In this document: one piece after another, positions 45,972-59,842 of the stretch | Numbering within the stretch: position 1 is the first letter of the stretch | Layout of the letters: every line of letters begins with the position of its first letter | Assembly: GCF_009914755.1 (NCBI RefSeq) | Contig: NC_060928.1 | Source of the DNA: the human T2T-CHM13v2.0 reference genome, Homo sapiens | Length of the DNA: 64,000 nucleotides | Direction: 5' to 3' (one strand) | Position numbers and translations under genes: made by a program | The notes under the pieces: generated by a model | What the model was told of the DNA's origin: nothing | The model's input: the letters and a program-made list of their open reading frames with translations, nothing else | The model's database searches: none

Positions 45972-46002
<31 letters not shown>
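45872..46002. repeat. (TA)n-rich microsatellite
   Basis: Seen directly. Confidence 0.95.
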
Positions 46003-46032
46003 ATTGAGATAGCCCTGAGAAAGAACTTTATT

Positions 46033-46083
46033 GAGTGTAATTCTGAACTGTGGCTATATTAACCACAGTTCAGAATTACACTC
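46033..46083. repeat. Perfect inverted repeat, 21-bp arms with 9-nt spacer
   Basis: GAGTGTAATTCTGAACTGTGG-ctatattaa-CCACAGTTCAGAATTACACTC. Confidence 0.97.
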
Positions 46084-46147
46084 TGAATTCAGAAGGTTCA
46101 GAAGGTTCAGAAGATGAGTCAGAATTTAAGATTTTGTTCTCCTGAAA

Positions 46148-46320
46148 TTATTCTCAAACTTTAGTGTCCATCAGATGTACTTGGATCACGATTGCTGGAT
46201 CCCAGCCACAGAGTTTCTGATTCAGAAGGTCTGAAGTGGTCCCTGAGAATATTCACTTCTCACAAGTTTCCAGCTGTTGCTCGTGCTACCGGTCCAGGGA
46301 CCACACTTTGAGGACCACTG
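46148..46320. mobile_element. MER5A hAT-Charlie element
   Basis: ttctcaaactttag…gtttctgattcag…gggaccacactttgaggaccactg. Confidence 0.8.
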
Positions 46321-46555
46321 CTTTAAAGTCACCATGTGGTACAGTAGCTATTGATTTTTTAATAGAAGAAGTATCCAAGGCATAAGCCCTTCACCATGAA
46401 GAGATTCCCAAGAGGAAAGTACTGACTTCTAGTAAGTCTGAAATGTTAAACTGATACACTGTCTCATTTTCCACTATCCAAAATGAATTACTTGTCATTC
46501 AACAAATGAGTGCAGCCATTGTGGTGGGTGTCTTTCAAGGATCTCTTACTCTTTT

Positions 46556-47126
46556 TCATTTTTTATTTTATTTTATTTTTTTATTATACTTTAAGTTCTA
46601 GGGTGCATGTGCACAACATGCAGGTTTGTTACATATGTATACATGTGCCATGTTGGTGTGCTGCACCCATTAACTCATCATTTACATTAGGTATATCTCC
46701 TATTGCCATCCCTCCCCCCTCCCCCGACCCCACAACAGGCCCTGGTGTGTGATGTTCCCCTTCCTGTGTCCAAATTTTCTCATTGTTCAATTCCCACCTA
46801 TGAGTGAGAACATGCGGTGTTTGGTTTTTTGTCCTTGCGATAGTTTGCTGAGAATGATGGTTTCCAGCTTCATCCATGTCCCTACAAAGGACATGAACTC
46901 GTCCTTTTTTATGGCTGCATAGCATTCCATGGTGTATATGTGCCACATTTTCTTAATCCAGTCTATCATTGATGGACATTTGGGTTGGTTCCAAGTCTTT
47001 GCTATTGTGAATAGTGCCACAATAAACATACGTGTGCATGTGTCTTTATAGCAGCATGATTTATAATCCTTTGGGTATATACCCAGTAATGGGATGGCTG
47101 GGTCAAATGGTATTTCTAGTTCTAGA
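46556..47126 (-). mobile_element. 5'-truncated young L1 (L1PA3/4-like)
   Basis: ORF2 C-terminus ([17 protein letters not shown]…) and 3'UTR; 17-bp TSD ggatctcttactctttt at 46539 and 47129. Confidence 0.95.
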
Positions 47127-50100
47127 AGGGATCTCTTACTCTTTTGCATTCCCTCTTACCAACCCTTACAGTGTTAGAGAAAACTACATGTACCATGGCT
47201 TCTTTGTATTACTGAAAAGTGGGATTTCATATCAATCAAAAACTGTAGAGTTTGTATCATGCCTTTTAAACCTAGAAGAATCGTTATATATAAATAGTTT
47301 ATCCAACTCCTTTGCAATTCCTTCTTTACAGTGGCAGACAGTAGGGCCCATAGAAGCAGAATACATTCTCAAGGTCACACAGCTAGATAGTTGAAGTCAA
47401 AGACAGCATTAGAACCAAAATCTCTGACTTTCGTCCAATGCTCAGTTTCACTCACATATACACTCACTTACTTCTTCATAGATTCTCTTACTCATGAAAC
47501 AAATGGTATTACACATGAAATATGTACTAAAAATTGCTAGGGACTGGCCATGATAAAGAAGAAAAGAGTGAGACTAACATCTGCTTAGTCACTACTCTGT
47601 GCCAAGCACTGTGCCAAGGTAGAATACATAATATGGTTTCTTATTGAATCTTCATAGCCACCTTGAGAAATATTATCATTTCCATCTTGACTAGTGAAAA
47701 AACATATTGGTCGAACATAAAAATTTCAACCTCAAATTTAGTGCTCTGAATAAACACATGGTCCTTGTCCAAGAGAATCAAAACCCAAACAGACTTGAAC
47801 ACAAATAATTTCAATGAAGTGTCATAAGAATCCTAATGGAAATAGAACAAAGGAAGGAGTGGTAAGCTCTGCCTATGAAATAATATTAGCAAAGCTAAGA
47901 GTAGTCACATATTGTATTCTAGGAAATTAACTTATTCCAAATTCATTTGATTCTTATAATGACCCTGTGCGGAAAGTACTATTATTTCTACTTTACAAAT
48001 GGAAAATAGAAAAGATTGTGTCTAGAACCACAAAGCAGATCTCTATTTAAGGTAGATGTGTCCAATTCCAAAGCCCATGCCTTTCTCAGATGTTCTACTT
48101 TATATCCTACACATCATGGATGTTACATTAAGTTCCACCTTTCACTTTCCTGTCTTTTTTTTTTTTTTTTTTTGGCACGGTTTCCTGCTAAAACTGCTCC
48201 AGTATGTGGATTGTTCTGCTTATCACCAGCACCAGCACATTATTGATAAACACCCCCCCACCCTTCTCTAGGAGTGAATCCTATAACTCCAAAAAATTTG
48301 CTTCAGGGCCCTCTGATAGTGAAAGCTGAAAACTTGCTTGCACAGTAATACGAGAGTTGTTGCTGGCAAATTTTTACCCTACCTCAATGCTTCAGTTCGT
48401 TATCATAAGATATTTTTCTTTTTCTGACAATCATATCATTATGAGATTTACTCTTAATGGAGCAGACTAAGCAGAGAGAACATTCTCTCCTTGGAGAACC
48501 ACAAACAAAATAGTGTTCCAAAAGGATTATTTTGATAAAGAAATGTATTCAATCAGAAGATGAATATAGTCGATAAGCTCAGTATCTCTAAAGACTTTCC
48601 CAAACTTGCACTTTCAAAAAATAAGTAATACAAAGGACAGTGCTTTAGGAAACAAGTGGTACAGTAACTACATTCTGTTTTATTGGAGAAAGATAGGTTT
48701 CCTTCCCAGGGTAACAAGGTTCTTCACAGCTATCGGCCCCTTAGACTGATTAGATCTATTTAAAACCATCATGGCCAGGAAGCATCTGTTGGTTCCTTGG
48801 CGGAATGTGGAACTCTGGAGGCGAACAGCCCTGTGCACAGGGACAGCATTATCCTGGGCAGCTGAATGATGCCTGACTGCTGACTGCTTCCCTGTCACTT
48901 TGCTATTCTGACAATGCCATGGGGGACTCTGAGCTTGAAGAACCTCCAGAGACTGATAATGCAAGTGCTAATCGTTAGCATCTTCCAGAATTCTTGTAGT
49001 TCTCATCTCCTCCAGTTTTTCTGGCTGCTGTTTGTGTAATTGAAGAAAACAACACAGCCAAAGGGAGGCAATTTATCTTGTGAGCCTCCCTGTAGTAGAG
49101 CAAACTAGCTGGGTTGCATAACAAAAATCCAGGCAAAGAAAATAATTGATCATCAGGGGCCTATGGGTGTGGTCTCTCCTGTTATATAACAGACCTCAAT
49201 TGTAAGATTTTTTTAAAAGTAGTTTTAAGAGGAATTAAATTTCTTTGGACTTTAAGGCAGTCTTGAAGAGGCGTCTTCCTGCCAGAAAAAGCAACCTCAG
49301 CAGAGAGACCTGCAGGAAGATCTGCATTTATTATTCAAAGCCCAGTAAACATTGGGGAATGACATCTTAAGCCAAATAGTCTATCTTGTGCTCACTGGCT
49401 TTGAATCATTAAGTTGAAAGGGTACTGAAAGATTATTAGTGTAACATAACCAGTTACATGCAGAGTATAAAGTATAATACAAGCGTGTTGACAGCATCTT
49501 GATATTTAGTCTGCTATTATTTTCTTGCCTATCACAATAAACATATACTCGTAATACCGCAATCCAGAGAACAAAAGTCAAGTCATTTAACTGCCAGACT
49601 AAAGGCCACCACAAATTTACAGGTCAGACATTCTTTTACAAAACTCTCTAGGTATTCAGTTAAAAATGCAAGTGATCTCAAAATCTCTTTAGGGTTTTCA
49701 GTTCATCTGGTAGCTTGCAGGGCCACTAAATATACAAAAGCAACAAGAAAAGAGTGGGCCTAACATCTACTTAGCAATATTAACATTTTCAGCATCACCT
49801 GGAAAGGTGTTAGAAAGCTCAACCTTGAGCCCAGCCCCAAACTTACTGAATCAGAATCTGCATTCTAACCTGGGCATACACAATTTACGTGGTGCTCTTA
49901 ATTAATTTCCACTAGTTAGCCTTCTAAAAACTTTACTTCTGTCAGCCATGCCAGAAGTAAGAATCATAATAAAAGTATACAAGTGTACATTAAGGATAAA
50001 TGGGATCTGAAATATTATAGAAAGACATCACAAAATCTTTTTGGTCAGTTTAGAGGCTTATTTTTAAGTTTTTAATATGTATATAATTTTTAGCCCTGAT

Positions 50101-51020
50101 TTATTTTTCTCTTTCAGCTTTACCTTCTGCATGTAGACTAAATTCTGGCACCATCATCCCAACTTGCCCTTTTTTGCATGGGGGCTGAGGAGCTGATGCT
50201 CACCTGGGGTACAATGGCTTCGTGGTTATTAAGCTTCCACTGATGGAGTTACACCTCACCCAAGCCACTTATTATAAGGTCTCACTTAGCAAATCTCCCT
50301 TTATCTGATATTACTTCAATTCACCCTCTTACTAGTACTTCCTTCCCTAATGTTTTATTAGGTCTGTCCTCCCCTGGGCGAAGGTGACCCCTGAGATGAG
50401 ACTATATCTGTGTGATTAAGGTAATCATGCTAGACAATTAAATGACTGGAGAGGAAGCTAATCAAAAGTGGGCTCTTAATATGGTCCTCTGAAAGCAAAT
50501 ATGTTATCAAGGCCATAAAAGTGCTAAATACATTATCTCTATCCCCCATATACCTTGGTCAGAGTAAAAGATTGGAAACAGTAGGAAGTCTTTAAGGCTA
50601 TTTTCAACTAATTGGCACTAACAACCATATGCATTTACAATCTTAACAATATCAAATAAAAGCTCAAAGCTAAGGTACTAAAGAATTCTTATGCAGCCCT
50701 TTATGGGAGTTGCTTTCTCATGAATTGCCAAAGAAAAGGGACCAAAAAATTAATAACCCAGAAAAAAAGTTAATTATAAACAAAGTCCTACTAATACAAA
50801 TTTCAGTGGGGTATTTGGGTAAAAGGAGGCAGGCTGGGCTCTAAACAATATAAGTGAAACCAATGACTATGAGAATAAGGTGGAAGAAGCGGCAGGATAC
50901 TGATGATAGGATCCAAAAGATGAGAGTTCCTCCTATGAAACCAGTTTACTGATTAAAAGAAAAAAAATTCTGGCAAAATTCACAAGAAATGGCAAATTAG
51001 TGAATTGTTGCCCATGTTTT

Positions 51021-51325
51021 TATTTCTTTTTTTTTTTTCTGAGATGGAGTTTTGCTCTTGTTGCCCAGGCTGGAGTAGAGTGCTGCAATCTCAGCTCACT
51101 GCAACCTCTGTCTCCTGGAATCCAGCGACTCTCTTGCCTCAGCCTCCTGAGTAGCTAGGATTACAGGTGCCTACCACAATGCCCAGCTAATTTTTTGTAT
51201 TTTTAGCGGAGACAAGGTTTCACCATGTTGGCCAGACTGAACTCAAACTCTTGAGCTCAGGTGATCCTCCCGCCTTGGCCTTCCCAAAGTGCTGGGATTA
51301 CAGGCATGAGCCACTGCACCCAGCC
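51021..51325 (-). mobile_element. AluS (Sq/Sp-like)
   Basis: gagttttgctcttgttgccc, full dimer. Confidence 0.93.
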
Positions 51326-52899
51326 CAATGTTCTTATTTGTAATGTAAGTGCATTATATCATGTATTTGTTTGTATTATTGAAACTCCCATATTGGAGAA
51401 TATTCAAACCAAGATTTAAGTAAGCAAATGCATACTATGTGCTGTTCTATTGTTCAAGCCTTTAGAAGCTGCAGATGAATGGCTGCAGTTGCCAGTTAAA
51501 CAAGTTGATGATTAATTTTAGCTGTGCATACACTCAGATCTATGTTTGGAGTTGGAACATTTTATGTGTTGAGCATAATATCAACTTAGAACACTCTCTT
51601 TACCAGATATTCTGAAACAAAATACAGTAACTTCTTAATCATAGCAAAATAGCTGTTTCTGTAGATTGCAGCTGATTTTCAAGAATTTATTTAACTTGTT
51701 GAAAAAAGGATTCTTACTTAAAAATAATTAAAGTTAGAGTTGTTCACTGATCTTCTCAAATCTACTATTTTTTTCTAACACTTGGCAAGAAGGACCACTT
51801 CCTGGGATATCTCTTTCACGAAGAAAGGATTCAATCCCAAGATTTCAGATTCAGATACCTCCCTGTTTGATTACAACCACCTGTTGCTTCTTGATTCCTT
51901 GCTCATGTACTTCCATTTTGACCTTCCTCTAGCTTCATTCTGAACTCTCTATCCCTGGCTTCTCTATATCCCCTCAGATAGAAGTTTCATTGGCTTCCAT
52001 ATGTAGACTGCAGCCCCCACCAATTATTTGCTCATTCCTAAAATCTTTCAGAGGTTTGTCCTAGTGCCAATCCTCAATCATGAGTAAGTCCTAGCACCTC
52101 CTTGACTAATTAGTGAAAAAGAGAGGTCTCCCAGTCAGTGCCCAGCACAGTAATTTCTGGTTTATTTTTTTCTTTCCTCTCAGCCAGGTCCTCAGAATTA
52201 TTAGGAATTAATTCATTTTCTTTACATTGATTTCTTTCATGCTTCTGATAGAAACTATCCCTATTATTCTCCCCTTTTACCCTTGCTCTCCACAGTTTAC
52301 CCCCTTTCTTCCATGATTGGTGCCAGGTCAGAGATAACCAAGTCCACACATGTTTGTGTCTTTCCACAATGTCAGACATTTATTGATGCCATTTCAAACA
52401 CAAAAGCTAGGAGCTACATGGAGCTCCCAAGGAGGCAAATCCCCGCATTACTTCCAGATCACTCGGTAGTCACAGCCACAGGCATACAGGCTCAAGCCAC
52501 TCTACAAGTCAGTCCATACTGCAAACCATGAAGAGGAGAGTAAATCAATATATTAATATTATAGACTAAACATTCCACCACAAACAAGGTAACATTTAAC
52601 ATCAAGAGAAAGCGGATAGGAAAAAGGGTTAATGATCCCAGTCCGAGGAGAGTCGTATACACAAAAGGAATCCCTTGGTCTGGGCCAGGCGTTCTGAGAG
52701 TCATGCAAGGAACGGTCTTTGATGTGGGCAGAGCCTTTGCTGATAGATATTAAGTGGCTTAACAAAAATCACAGAAGACAGTGTCAGTTAAGATGACCAT
52801 TTTGAGCTGAAGTCCCTCTTTTTATGGCCCCCAGGCCCCCTGGTGGGCAGTGTTAGTGGAAGAATGTGCTTGTTTATGCCCTTATCTGCTAGGATGTAG

Positions 52900-53240
<341 letters not shown>

Positions 53241-53276
53241 AGCACAGTCTTTATTAAGCAAAGCATCTGGTCCCTG

Positions 53277-53354
53277 TTGGCAAAGTGCCTTAGGAAACGT
53301 AAGGTAGAATCTATTTTGGCAAAGTGCCTTAGGAAACGTAAGGTAGAATCTATT
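53277..53354. repeat. Perfect 39-bp tandem duplication
   Basis: (ttggcaaagtgccttaggaaacgtaaggtagaatctatt)x2. Confidence 0.97.
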
Positions 53355-55980
53355 TCTAAGACGAAGTTATTTATGTCAAAGATGCTATATACACTTTCTA
53401 AGAAAACTCCATCTATTTCACATGAGCTCCTTTGACTTCTGGTCTACGTCTTTGGGAATCTTCCAGTATCCTCCTTGGTAAAGCAAATCCTTCTACTTAT
53501 TTCTTGAGTCCCATGACCACAAGACTCCCTGGCACCCTCTTCTTTCCATTATTCTCATGCCTTCAAGTTGTTCCTTTGTATTGGTCTTCGTTCTTTCTTT
53601 CCAAATATGATTGAATCTCCTGCCCTAAAAGGATGATACGGTTATCTTCCTGAAGACATAAATTTATTCTCCACCTGGAACAAATTAATTTTGCATCCTG
53701 TCTCACAAATAGTTCTCTCAGAAGAATCACATACACTTACCAGTCTATATGCACTTTTCATATGTCATTACTGCAACAGAATTAAAAAAAAATTAACCTA
53801 CACATCTTAATTCCTTGAACTTAATTTACATTCAGTAGCAAAGAAGGATGTGATAGAACTCACTATAACTTGGACAAATCTCTGAAACAATAGGTTGATC
53901 ACAAAGTCTAACCATATGCAGCTGCTCTAAAAGGAAAATGAAGCTACAAAGGCCCAGACCAAGAAGATACAGAGAAATCCAGAGAGTAGAAGTCAAGACA
54001 AGCCTGTAAGTGCTATTTCTTTAATTTCTTAGTGCTTAATTTATAGGAGGATCAACTGAAAAGTAAGATATTTTTGATGAGTTTTTGAATATTTAATGCA
54101 TAAATTTACTTAAATTTAACTAATATTTAACACATAAAATCCCATAAGTCTTTACAAAGAGTTCTGAAAAATAAAAATATTGAAATAGCCATTGGCTCAT
54201 TATCAACAATGGCAGATATGGAACCAATAAGATATAATGTTATACTTATTTTTTATATTGGCATATTTTTTAACAGAGCAGATTAACTGAAGTTTGAGTA
54301 AAATAAAATTAAGCCTTTTCATTTCAAAAATGATTTCCTCAGCACATTTTTTCTAGCTTATATTGCTTATTAAAAGAAATACTAGAAAACCTAAAAAGAA
54401 ATTTAAACATAAAGTAATATGTGATCTGCAAAAAGACGATTCTTTGTTCAGATGATTTCTGACCAATAATAACATATGTTAGGAAGCTTTCACATTATGT
54501 GATAACACTTTACCCTGACATATTATAAAACAACCAAATCTCTCCTATTAGGCTTCAGCAAAATGTGGATGGAGAGTATATCCATGAGCCTTCTGTTCTT
54601 GAAACAATATGTAGAGCACCCTCACACACATTTTTTCTCATCTCATTCAGTACAGAATCACTCTTCAAGAATATGCCTCAGGTAGTTATTTGCTGTTTTA
54701 AAAGACAGAGTGATGTGGGTGTTCAGGTCTTTAGTTTTCACTCCAAGGACAACCACAGAATTAGCTCTTACACAACCTTCAGATATAAAAATTTTATGAA
54801 ATTATAACAGGGACCCAAAATTCTCACAGTGTCTTTTCTTACCCATCTGTCATCCTTCAGAAAGCTACTAAACATAATACCTTTCCACATTTCGGCTCTA
54901 AATATATTAATCTAAAATATTTTAAGCTCCGGGTGATCTATCCATGAAGCAAATGTGTAAACTCTTTATTTTTAAATAATCAAACTGTTAGTTTTAAATG
55001 AGAATTACTGTGAAAAGTAAATTCAGTTGAAATGATTTTTCATGTTCAGAGCACAAATATCGCAAGCACAAAGGTAAAATAAGGTGTAGAATTTGAGACT
55101 GAATGTTCAGAATTATTATCCTTGTTTTAGCAAAGTATATAGAGGCTCATTTTATTGCAAATACTCCCCATGTAAAAATATTTTTTTCTTAATTAGTGGG
55201 CTTCGAAATTCTTTAGTGGGCTTTATGTTGTTTAAAGCAGCAATACTGACTGCACATATGTTAAAATAGCTGCCAGATGATGGCTGTTCTAGGACACTCC
55301 CACAGTGTGTAGGAATAGGGTGGGAGAGAGAGAAGGACCAATGCAGAACTGATGGTCCTGATAGGAGCAGATGGTGGTGAATACTCAAAAAGCTTTTTAA
55401 TACATACCATTCCTTATTCCAAGCAATTGTATGGGGACTTCCTGTATGCCAGAGTTTTCAAAGCTAATTGCCTTTGTATCTGCTGCCATAACTGTGTTTG
55501 ACTAAGGGGAAAGCAGGGGGTAGGGGACAGAAGATAATATCATGTGAACTTTTTGGCACTCTACTACTTATTTTTCAACTATCAATTATGTAATTTCACA
55601 GTTCATAGATTTCAGAAGGTGCAGCAGGAATAGATCAGATGTCCTTTGGGGCTAGAGAGTGGAAAAAAAAAGAATGGAGAAGGGCAAAGATTGGAAATGG
55701 CTATGTTTAATTTTATTAGAAAACCATAAAATCAAACGCAGTATTGGGAAAAAGCTATCTTGATGAAAAATAAAGTTTATTCAAAGAAAAGGTAGGAGAG
55801 ATTGAAGGTTGCTCCTGTAACTAGTTGAGAGTTTCTGAAGACATATTCTTCCTGTACATTTTCTGTGGGAAAGGTTTCATTTCCATAGATCATCTTTAAA
55901 GCACTTTCTGTCCATCATTTTTACTTATAGAGCAACCATTCCATGCTGTTTGGGAACTACAAAGGATGGCAAACACACCA

Positions 55981-56338
55981 TGTATTAGTGTTTTCCAGAG
56001 AAACAAACCAATTGTTTGCGTTCTGCAGACTAGAGTAAGCTGGCAGGCTGGAGACCCAGGGAAGAGTTGATTGGTGTTGCAGATTGAGTCTGAAGACCAC
56101 CTGGAGGAAGACAGAATTCTCTCTTCCTTGGGGATCTCAGTAATTGTTCTCTTAAGATCTTCACCTGATTAGATAAGACCCACTCAAATTATGGAGGGTA
56201 ATATGCTTTTACTCAATGTCTACAGATGTACATGTTTATCTTATTTTAAAAATACCTTTACAGCAATATCTAGACTGGTATTTAACTAAATATCTGGGTA
56301 CCATAACATAAAGTTAACACATAAAATTAACCTTTACT
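55981..56338 (-). mobile_element. MLT2 (ERVL) solo LTR, internally deleted
   Basis: tgtattagtgttttccagagaaaca…aagttaacacataaaattaacc. Confidence 0.85.
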
Positions 56339-57414
56339 CACCTTCCTCGATTAACTAAAAATGGAATAATCTCCAGAAAGATGCTCCTCAAGGACCCATC
56401 TCACATTCCTTTACATAAAAATGTCCGTCCACAGGGAAGATCTGTTTAGGAATATGAAACTTTGTTAACCCAGTTTCCTATGGACATTATTTAAATATTG
56501 TTTTATTTTTAAAAATAAAAATTCTGAAACATCAAAAAATTCATCAGTTTTTTTTCTCCTGATATTCAAAAATATCTTTCTCAACCCACTTCTCAGTTGT
56601 ACATAATTGACTTAAAAGCAAAAAATATTGCCGTTTCATAAACTTTGGGGCTTCCAAAGACCTGGATAGCCTGAGGCTTAATGTTTTAGTTCTGGTTATC
56701 AAAAAATCATTACGATTGGTATAATGTGTGTGGAAGAGGTAGAGGGAAGAGAAGAAGAGACAGGCAGATTTCCTGGTTATTTCAATTCATGTCACTGACT
56801 GAAATGCCATTGGGTATAATACATTAAAATTTTCAATCTCTGCAAATTCTGAGTGAGAAAGAAATAAGGCTATGTACCTTTAACTAAGAATGTGTGAATA
56901 ATAAATGTAAAAGTGCAATTTATTTTACGTGCTGCTTCATTGTTGACAAAATGTGTTATCTAGTTACAATTTGCTCATTTGGCCTCACCAAGCTTTTTTT
57001 AGGCCATGCAGGGCAGCTACTGTTGGATCCCTGTTTCAGAATTGGCAGCTGAGGGTGAGAGCAATCATGAAACTTGCTTTTAGCCACTTAGCTGGTAAGC
57101 GGCAAAAACAGGATTTAAATCATGTTTATCTCATTCTAAATTTAAAGAGACTTAAGGGCTGGTCAGCTGCATATTAAGCTCCAGGTATGTGCCTTGCTTT
57201 CTTCATCTATTGAATGGGAATAAAATAACACATCACAGAATTGCTTTGAAGACTACGTAAGGTAGAGCAGGAAAAGTGGTAAGTGCAGTTTTTGGCCAAA
57301 GAAAATATTCCATTCTTGCTATTCTTTGGAATTCTTAATTGGCAATAGCTACAACTTTGTCAACGAGCCACTCAACCCCAGCAGCTAAACAAGAGACTGC
57401 TTGTTCTGCACTAT

Positions 57415-57498
57415 AGGGTTGCTCAACTGCAGGGATCCCCCATTGTGGAGAATACAATGTATTCAGTGTGAAAGGTGGCCCTTGGAGTTGAGCAGTCT
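57415..57498. mobile_element. Palindromic MER91-like hAT-Tip100 remnant
   Basis: gctcaactgcaggg…cccttggagttgagc inverted arms around agaatacaatgt. Confidence 0.55.
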
Positions 57499-58599
57499 CT
57501 GGTTATTATGGCAGTACAGAAGCAGCTGCCACTTTACTGTCAGTAGTCAAAATGTTATCAAATGTAAGAATAGCAGCTTGGAAAAAAAAGAACTGGGCGA
57601 GAGATGGCCAATTGAAGCAACACCCACCGGGGCTGAGTACTTTAAGGTTTCTTGTGGCTGACAGCAAGGAGAGCTGCATGAGGCCAAATTTTGTAATGTT
57701 CTCTACCCCACCACACCCTAGTGATATGATGTCTTTCATGTGCCTCATTCTTATCTCTTTGTATAATTTTAGAGATGGAAGTTTATAAGCAAAATTAAAT
57801 TTTTCATTACTTAAAATTTGTGGTTAAGTACAAAAATCAAATTAAACCTTCTTTTCTAACAAATTACTTTATAATCCCATATTTTAAAATGGAGGATAAA
57901 TGAATGCACTTGGTATATAACGAAACTGAGAAATGTAGAACTTAATTAGAATGTACTTAGATTTATAAATCAGTGAAAAAACCCAGAATGAAATTCAATT
58001 TTTTTTATTTATATTGTGTATTCAAAGAATCAACTGGCATCACTTACATTTCAGAAAGAACAGTAAATCAACCTAAATTTCTTTCTCAAACCCTAGATAA
58101 TATAACTCTACTATTCCAAAATTAAAATAGCATCTTAGATTAAAATTTCAATATAACTGTCTTCAGAGGAATAAAATAAAATATTAAATCTAAAAGAAGT
58201 TTGTTTATACTGACAGGCTCAGTGAAAAATATCAGTTTTTCTAAGCAATAAACCTATGAAAATCAAGCTGCCAGACATAAATGCTTACGGGCAACATTGT
58301 CTGTCGTTATGGTCCTAAACAAATATTGAAGACAGCAAGACAATACATCTTGAGCATGTAAGACAATGATTTACCATTCTAATTTTTTCTGCTACCTTCT
58401 TTTAAACATATTTTTGAATAGCAAAACTTGAGGAAGACTGACTGCTGAGAAAGAGACCAGTCTTAATTTAGAACTTCCTGATTCACTGAGCAGCTAACAA
58501 TTCTTGCTATTTCTCCATTTTTTTCGTGCAGCATCTTAAATGTGTTTAGCTTTGAGCATGGTTAATGGAAGGAAAAGATGTTCAGTTCTAGCTTCTGGC

Positions 58600-59040
58600 T
58601 TGCAATGGGTTTTTGCAGATGCTACACTGTGAGACTAAGATTTACCTGCAAGTAATCTGGGTGATAATCCCAGAAGAGTGAAGAAGTGGGACATGGAAGG
58701 GAAAGAAGCCTAGGAAGCCAAAATAGGGTGCTTAATAAGCAAGCTACTCTTGTGGAACCTAGGTGAGGTACTTTTGATAGATGGTGAGAAATATGGCCAA
58801 TGCTTTTACAATGGGAGGGGAGAGAGAGCTGGGGTATTTATGCACCAATTCCTATTTGTCATTTGTGGGCTGCTGGTGGTTAGGGGTCTTGGTGGTTAAC
58901 TCCCTGGCACTTCCAGTCTACCCTTCCTCAAGACCCTGTAGCCATAAAAAACCTTTGGAGTAAAACCTGAAAGTATTTGCCTTCTCAAGGCATTGAGTGC
59001 CAAGGGGATATAGTTTGAAAACTCACAGTACCTGTTATCA
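58600..59040 (-). mobile_element. Ancient ERVL-type LTR relic
   Basis: gagctggggtatttat…ttaactccctggcacttccag motifs; family uncertain. Confidence 0.4.
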
Positions 59041-59260
59041 GTTCTTAGTCCTAGACATAGACTGGATTCATAAATATCATGTGCCCATCAATCTTTGACA
59101 CTTCTGGTGCACAGTCTCTCTTCAATTTACCTAAGCGGTAGCCTGGGAAAGGAATTCTCAATTACCCTGATAGAATCATATGTCATGAGATATGCAGCAC
59201 TAACATATGACTGGTAAGAGTTCAGATATCAAAATTTAAAAATTTTAAAGTTTCAAACCT

Positions 59261-59550
59261 TTGTTATTTTTGAAACGGAGTCTCCCTCTACCACCCAGGC
59301 TGGGGTGCAGTGGCGTGATCTCGGCTCACTGCAACCTCCGCCTCCCAGGTTCAAGCAATTATCTGCTTCAGCCTCCCGAGTAGCTGGAATTACAGGCACC
59401 CACCACCACGCTCAGCTAATTTTTGTATTTTTAGTAGAGATGGGGTTTCACCATCTTGGTCAGGCTGGTCTTGAGCTCCTGACCTCATGATCCACCAACC
59501 TCGGCCTCCCAAAGTGCTGGGATTACAAGCGTGAGCCACCGCGCCCAGCC
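59261..59550 (-). mobile_element. AluS (Sg/Sc-like) with short tail
   Basis: Full dimer; aaccttt direct repeat flanks. Confidence 0.93.
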
Positions 59551-59706
59551 CAACCTTTTCAATGCATTAAATAAAACCAAAAGTTATTCTTTGAAAATAC
59601 TTGTTTTACTCCCTGGATTGATATTAAGTGAAACAGTGAGATTAGAATGAGAGCTTGTGTTCTGAAATGCTTATAAACAAGAGTCCATTTGTCCTATACC
59701 ACAAAC

Positions 59707-59842
59707 TATAGTGTCTTTTTTATGGAAAAACATTTATTTTGTAATTTATGTATTAAAAGTGTTGAGAGTCACTGGTATAGTGTCTTTTTTATGGAAAAAC
59801 ATTTATTTTGTAGTTTATGTATTAAGTGTTGAGAGTCACTGG
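59707..59842. repeat. 69-bp tandem duplication
   Basis: tatagtgtcttttttatggaaaaac… at 59707 and 59776; one substitution and a 2-bp indel. Confidence 0.97.
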
